From Amphiscolops sp. MND2022 (lineage: Eukaryota), in the NCBI GenBank assembly GCA_964187785.1, contig OZ076409.1, positions 56,484,001 to 56,548,000 on the forward strand: a stretch of DNA of 64,000 nucleotides. Reading direction: 5' to 3'. Position numbers and translations under genes: made by a program. Below the pieces are notes generated by a model. That model was not told the DNA's origin. It did not search any database and saw nothing but the letters and a program-made list of their open reading frames with translations. How positions within the stretch are numbered: position 1 is the first letter of the stretch; every line of letters begins with the position of its first letter. Shown here in pieces: positions 60,901 through 64,000 of the stretch.

Positions 60901-63449
60901 CGACATTCTGTGAAAGAGATTACTACCCATAACTTGCAGTCGATCAGTCAAGAAAATATTTAATAACTGAACAAGACGAGAACGTCTAAAGTCGGCGCCA
61001 TATCTAAGGCTCAAAAAGCGCAAAACAGTTTTTAGAAAAAAACTTGGGAATTTTTGAAAAAATTTTTTCTTTAAAAAAAAGTCGTATAGTGCCGAAGAAT
61101 ATAAAAGGGAGACCCTTCTGGATTTATTAACATACATTCCGTTGCAAAATGTCAAAAACCTCGAAGGGGTAGCCTTTGGGGACATTACAAAATTTTCGAA
61201 AAATAGTCGCACAGTGCCAAAAAAATCCGATGGGGGACCCTTTAGGTACGTCCGGTTTTGTGGGTTTCCTTGAAAAAGTAAATAAAAAGTAAAAAACCAA
61301 AGGGGGGACCGTTTGGAATAACTTAGATGCGTTTCCGGGGTATTCGTTTAGTTGAAGATACTGAACGTTAACGTTCGTCGCTTCGAGTCTGTCTTAAATA
61401 AAAAAAAAAGAAAAACGACGAGTGACTGTATTAGTCGGGCTTTTTTCTCAAGAAAAGCGCTGTCAAAAACACTCTACGCAAAGGCTACAATTGGTTGACT
61501 AGTATGGATCTGCTTCCCTCTAACCTAACCACATTAACTGAATATCAAACAAAACGCAATTTCAAAACTATCTGGACCTGGTACATCAAGGACAGTCAGC
61601 ACTTGAAAAACTTGTTTTCAATTGCATTTTGTTGAAACGTGTTTTGTTTCTTCATTTCACTGCGCAAACTTACTGTTTTTTCATTACCTTTTTTATCCGA
61701 TGTAAAAACATAATACACGTGATGACCAATATTGAAAATAGTGTTTAGGTTGCTGCATAACTGATTCTCAGGGCAGAGCCTCGACGAGCTGTATAAGCTC
61801 TTTCTCTGTCCTTTTTAGATACTATCAATGTATTTATCCCAAAGTATACCAAGACACCGAAAAACAGAACTGTGATTAAGAAAACGTTCCCCGGGGCGAC
61901 TTTAGGCTCGATTTTCCCGAAATCTTTGAAAAACATCGGAATTAAAAGTTTCTTAGATTTTCATCTACTTTGTATTAGTGTTTTTTAACTTCTTCTGGGA
62001 CAAAAAATGAGAAAGTTACGCTTAGCTAATTTTGAGCATTTTCGGGACTTTTTTGGGTTTTCGAATTTTGGGATTGGAAAAAGAACCTGGGGGGTTGGTA
62101 AGGAACACTTTTTCTCTCAAAACCATAACCAAAAGTAGTCAATGATAGTAATAATTGCAGAATTAATGATGATTATTGCGATAATTATCAAAATTCGATA
62201 ACTATTAAGACTCAATAATAATAATAGACAATTCCTAATAATTTAGATAAAATGCGACGGTTTATAGAACGTAATTACCGACGACGAAATTTCCGACGAC
62301 GAAATTTCCGACGACGAAATTTCCGACGACGGAATTTATGGTAACTGCAAATACGTATCACGCGAACCCGTAAAAGACGAGCACAAAAATCATAACACAA
62401 TATGACCCAGTATCTTTGAACTGATATGTTATAGTTAACCTGTTGAAAAAGATAACGAAGACTTTTTTCAGCTCTCAGATTAGCACAGTGGCTTTACTAG
62501 ATAGAATAAATATAAACTTAAAATGAAAGAAAATGGGAAGTTTTTGACCGAATAATTCAATTGAGTGTCATCAACGCAAAAAAATCTTGAAGGTTGCGGT
62601 AGTCTTCTATAGCTGGACTTTATTCCTACAGCACTAACTGATACAAAATAAGCAAAAACAACTTTTCGATATTTTTAGGGTTTTCACAAATTTTGTTACG
62701 ATTCCTATAGGTGTACCAAGTCATTCACAGATATGTGCATGAAAAGAATCTCACCATATATAACTTCCAAAAATTTCAAGAGAAAAAATAACAACTCTGA
62801 TTGAGTATAAACAAAAACAGTCGCCTACTGTATACCATTCAAGAAGCTTGCCGACAGATAAGTTTTTGGAGAGTGAGCTGGGTTACAAATTGCCACCAGA
62901 AAGTTCGTTGTGCCAACAATGTTTGGACAGAATTGACTAATTAATCGAAATTTCATCAATGATCAAAAACTTGGAATCAAACATTTATATGTCATATTCA
63001 ACAAAACAAAGAACCTCCGAATGAAAAGCGTTTTTGCTATTTTAGTTGGTGTTATAAATTTGCCTGCCAAACCATACCTATTATCATTGAAGGGTATGAA
63101 TAGTACAGGGGCCTTTGTTTCTCAGTATCTTATGGAAAATCTTTACACAGTGTTGAATGTCAAAGCATTTCAGTTTCGACTCTTGGTTACGGATAGGGCA
63201 GACTGTTGCATCAAGACAGGTCAAACCTTGAAATCCATTTTTTCCAAATCTGTTGCACGTAACCAGTGTAGTTCATGCAACACATTTGGCAATGGAAGAT
63301 GCGAGACATGGAATTTCTCACGCAAACGATTTCATTTCATCTCTCGAATCAGCTCTGTAAAAGTGCACAGACAGGCGCCTAACTTCCCAGTATCAATTCC
63401 ACCCTGGCCGGTACTAACGCGGTGTGGCACTTGGGGTAAATTTGGCATC
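57949..63449 (+). repeat. ~2.75-kb tandem segmental duplication (57949-60682 and 60683-63449)
   Basis: Near-identical units, with CATC microhomology at 57949, 60683 and 63446. Copy 2 has two extra 15-bp CGACGAAATTTCCGA repeats. Confidence 0.94.
58236..58735 (-). mobile_element. Helentron-like family A copy (duplicated at 60910-61468)
   Basis: AACAAGACGAGAACGTC...GTCG(GCG)CCATATCTAAGGCTCAAAA start and TAGTCGGGCTTTTTTCT...AAGAAAAGC end. Confidence 0.72.
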
Positions 63450-63900
63450 TTTTTGGTGATGCACTGGGAGCCCATTTTTAATTGGGTTAACTCCTTGGAC
63501 CAGGCCGGATCCATTGTCTAAGAAGTGAAACGTGCTTTCAATCATCCATCAGCTCAGCAGTAATTATGTTTTTTTTATGTTCATTGGAACGAGCAGTTGA
63601 GGTACAGAAAGAAATGCAGTAATTTGCAATTAATATACAACATTAATTCAATTTACTGCAGATTTTTCAGTTAATAGACAGCAGTTAATTTACAACAACA
63701 CTTCAATTTACCGCAAATTTTTCAAGAGGAAACTTATGGTACTGAAGCAAAAGAAAAATTCAATACAGTTCTGCAAAAAAATCCAGACCTGGACAAATTG
63801 CGTGAAAATATGGCTGTTTTCACACATTCGCAAATTCATTCATGTGACATTGAGCGACTTTTCAGTCTTATGAAAGCAAAAGAACTTCATTTTGCTAACA
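62560..63900 (+). pseudogene. Decayed hAT-superfamily transposase (5' part duplicated at about 59830-60686)
   Basis: Across frameshifts it reads FRLLVTDRADCCIKTGQTLKSIF / PNLLHVTSVVHATHL (cf. LLVTDAAPYM..HVTCLAH), IPPWPVLTRCGTW (cf. PVLTRWGTW) and IHSCDIERLFSL (hAT dimerisation motif). Confidence 0.78.
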
Positions 63901-64000
63901 TAACCACTGGAAGCATGCAAAAGTTGTTGTTTGTACGATTGATTAAATTCAACTATTTCAATCCATTATTTTACGTTTTTCGCAACTATTCTAACTTTCC

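Noticed and set aside
13840..61212. Many Phe/Lys-rich 60-130 aa ORFs (KGGPF/KGSPL type)
   Set aside because: They are translations of the non-coding family A repeat.

Overview
AT-rich, repeat-saturated eukaryotic DNA, most likely from an invertebrate animal (species not identifiable from the sequence alone). The centrepiece is an apparently very young, intact 16.2-kb Ty3/Gypsy LTR retrotransposon (19599-35836, minus strand). It has two 2511-bp LTRs, a 5-bp ACCCC target-site duplication, and gag and pol joined by a predicted -1 frameshift. Between pol and the 3' LTR it carries about 5.2 kb of cargo: (i) an ANTISENSE, intron-containing gene whose 8 predicted exons splice in phase to about 1115 aa, with a C2H2/BED-like zinc finger and a hAT-transposase-like C-terminal half lacking an obvious catalytic motif; (ii) a divergent acidic 232-aa ORF with several SUMO-interacting-like motifs that runs into the 3' LTR; (iii) a shared spacer with repeated TGACGTCA-type motifs. 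The gag frame is already open about 400 nt inside the 5' LTR. The rest of the window holds an intact Tc1-like transposon with DD35E spacing, many Helentron/DINE-like non-autonomous elements, hAT-, MULE- and piggyBac-like MITEs, a tRNA-derived SINE, decayed LINE-RT and hAT transposase relics, two recent multi-kb tandem duplications, two perfect spacer-less palindromes and a 21-bp minisatellite. Only one probable host gene was found, a signal-peptide plus fibronectin type III exon. All family assignments are by eye, without database searches.
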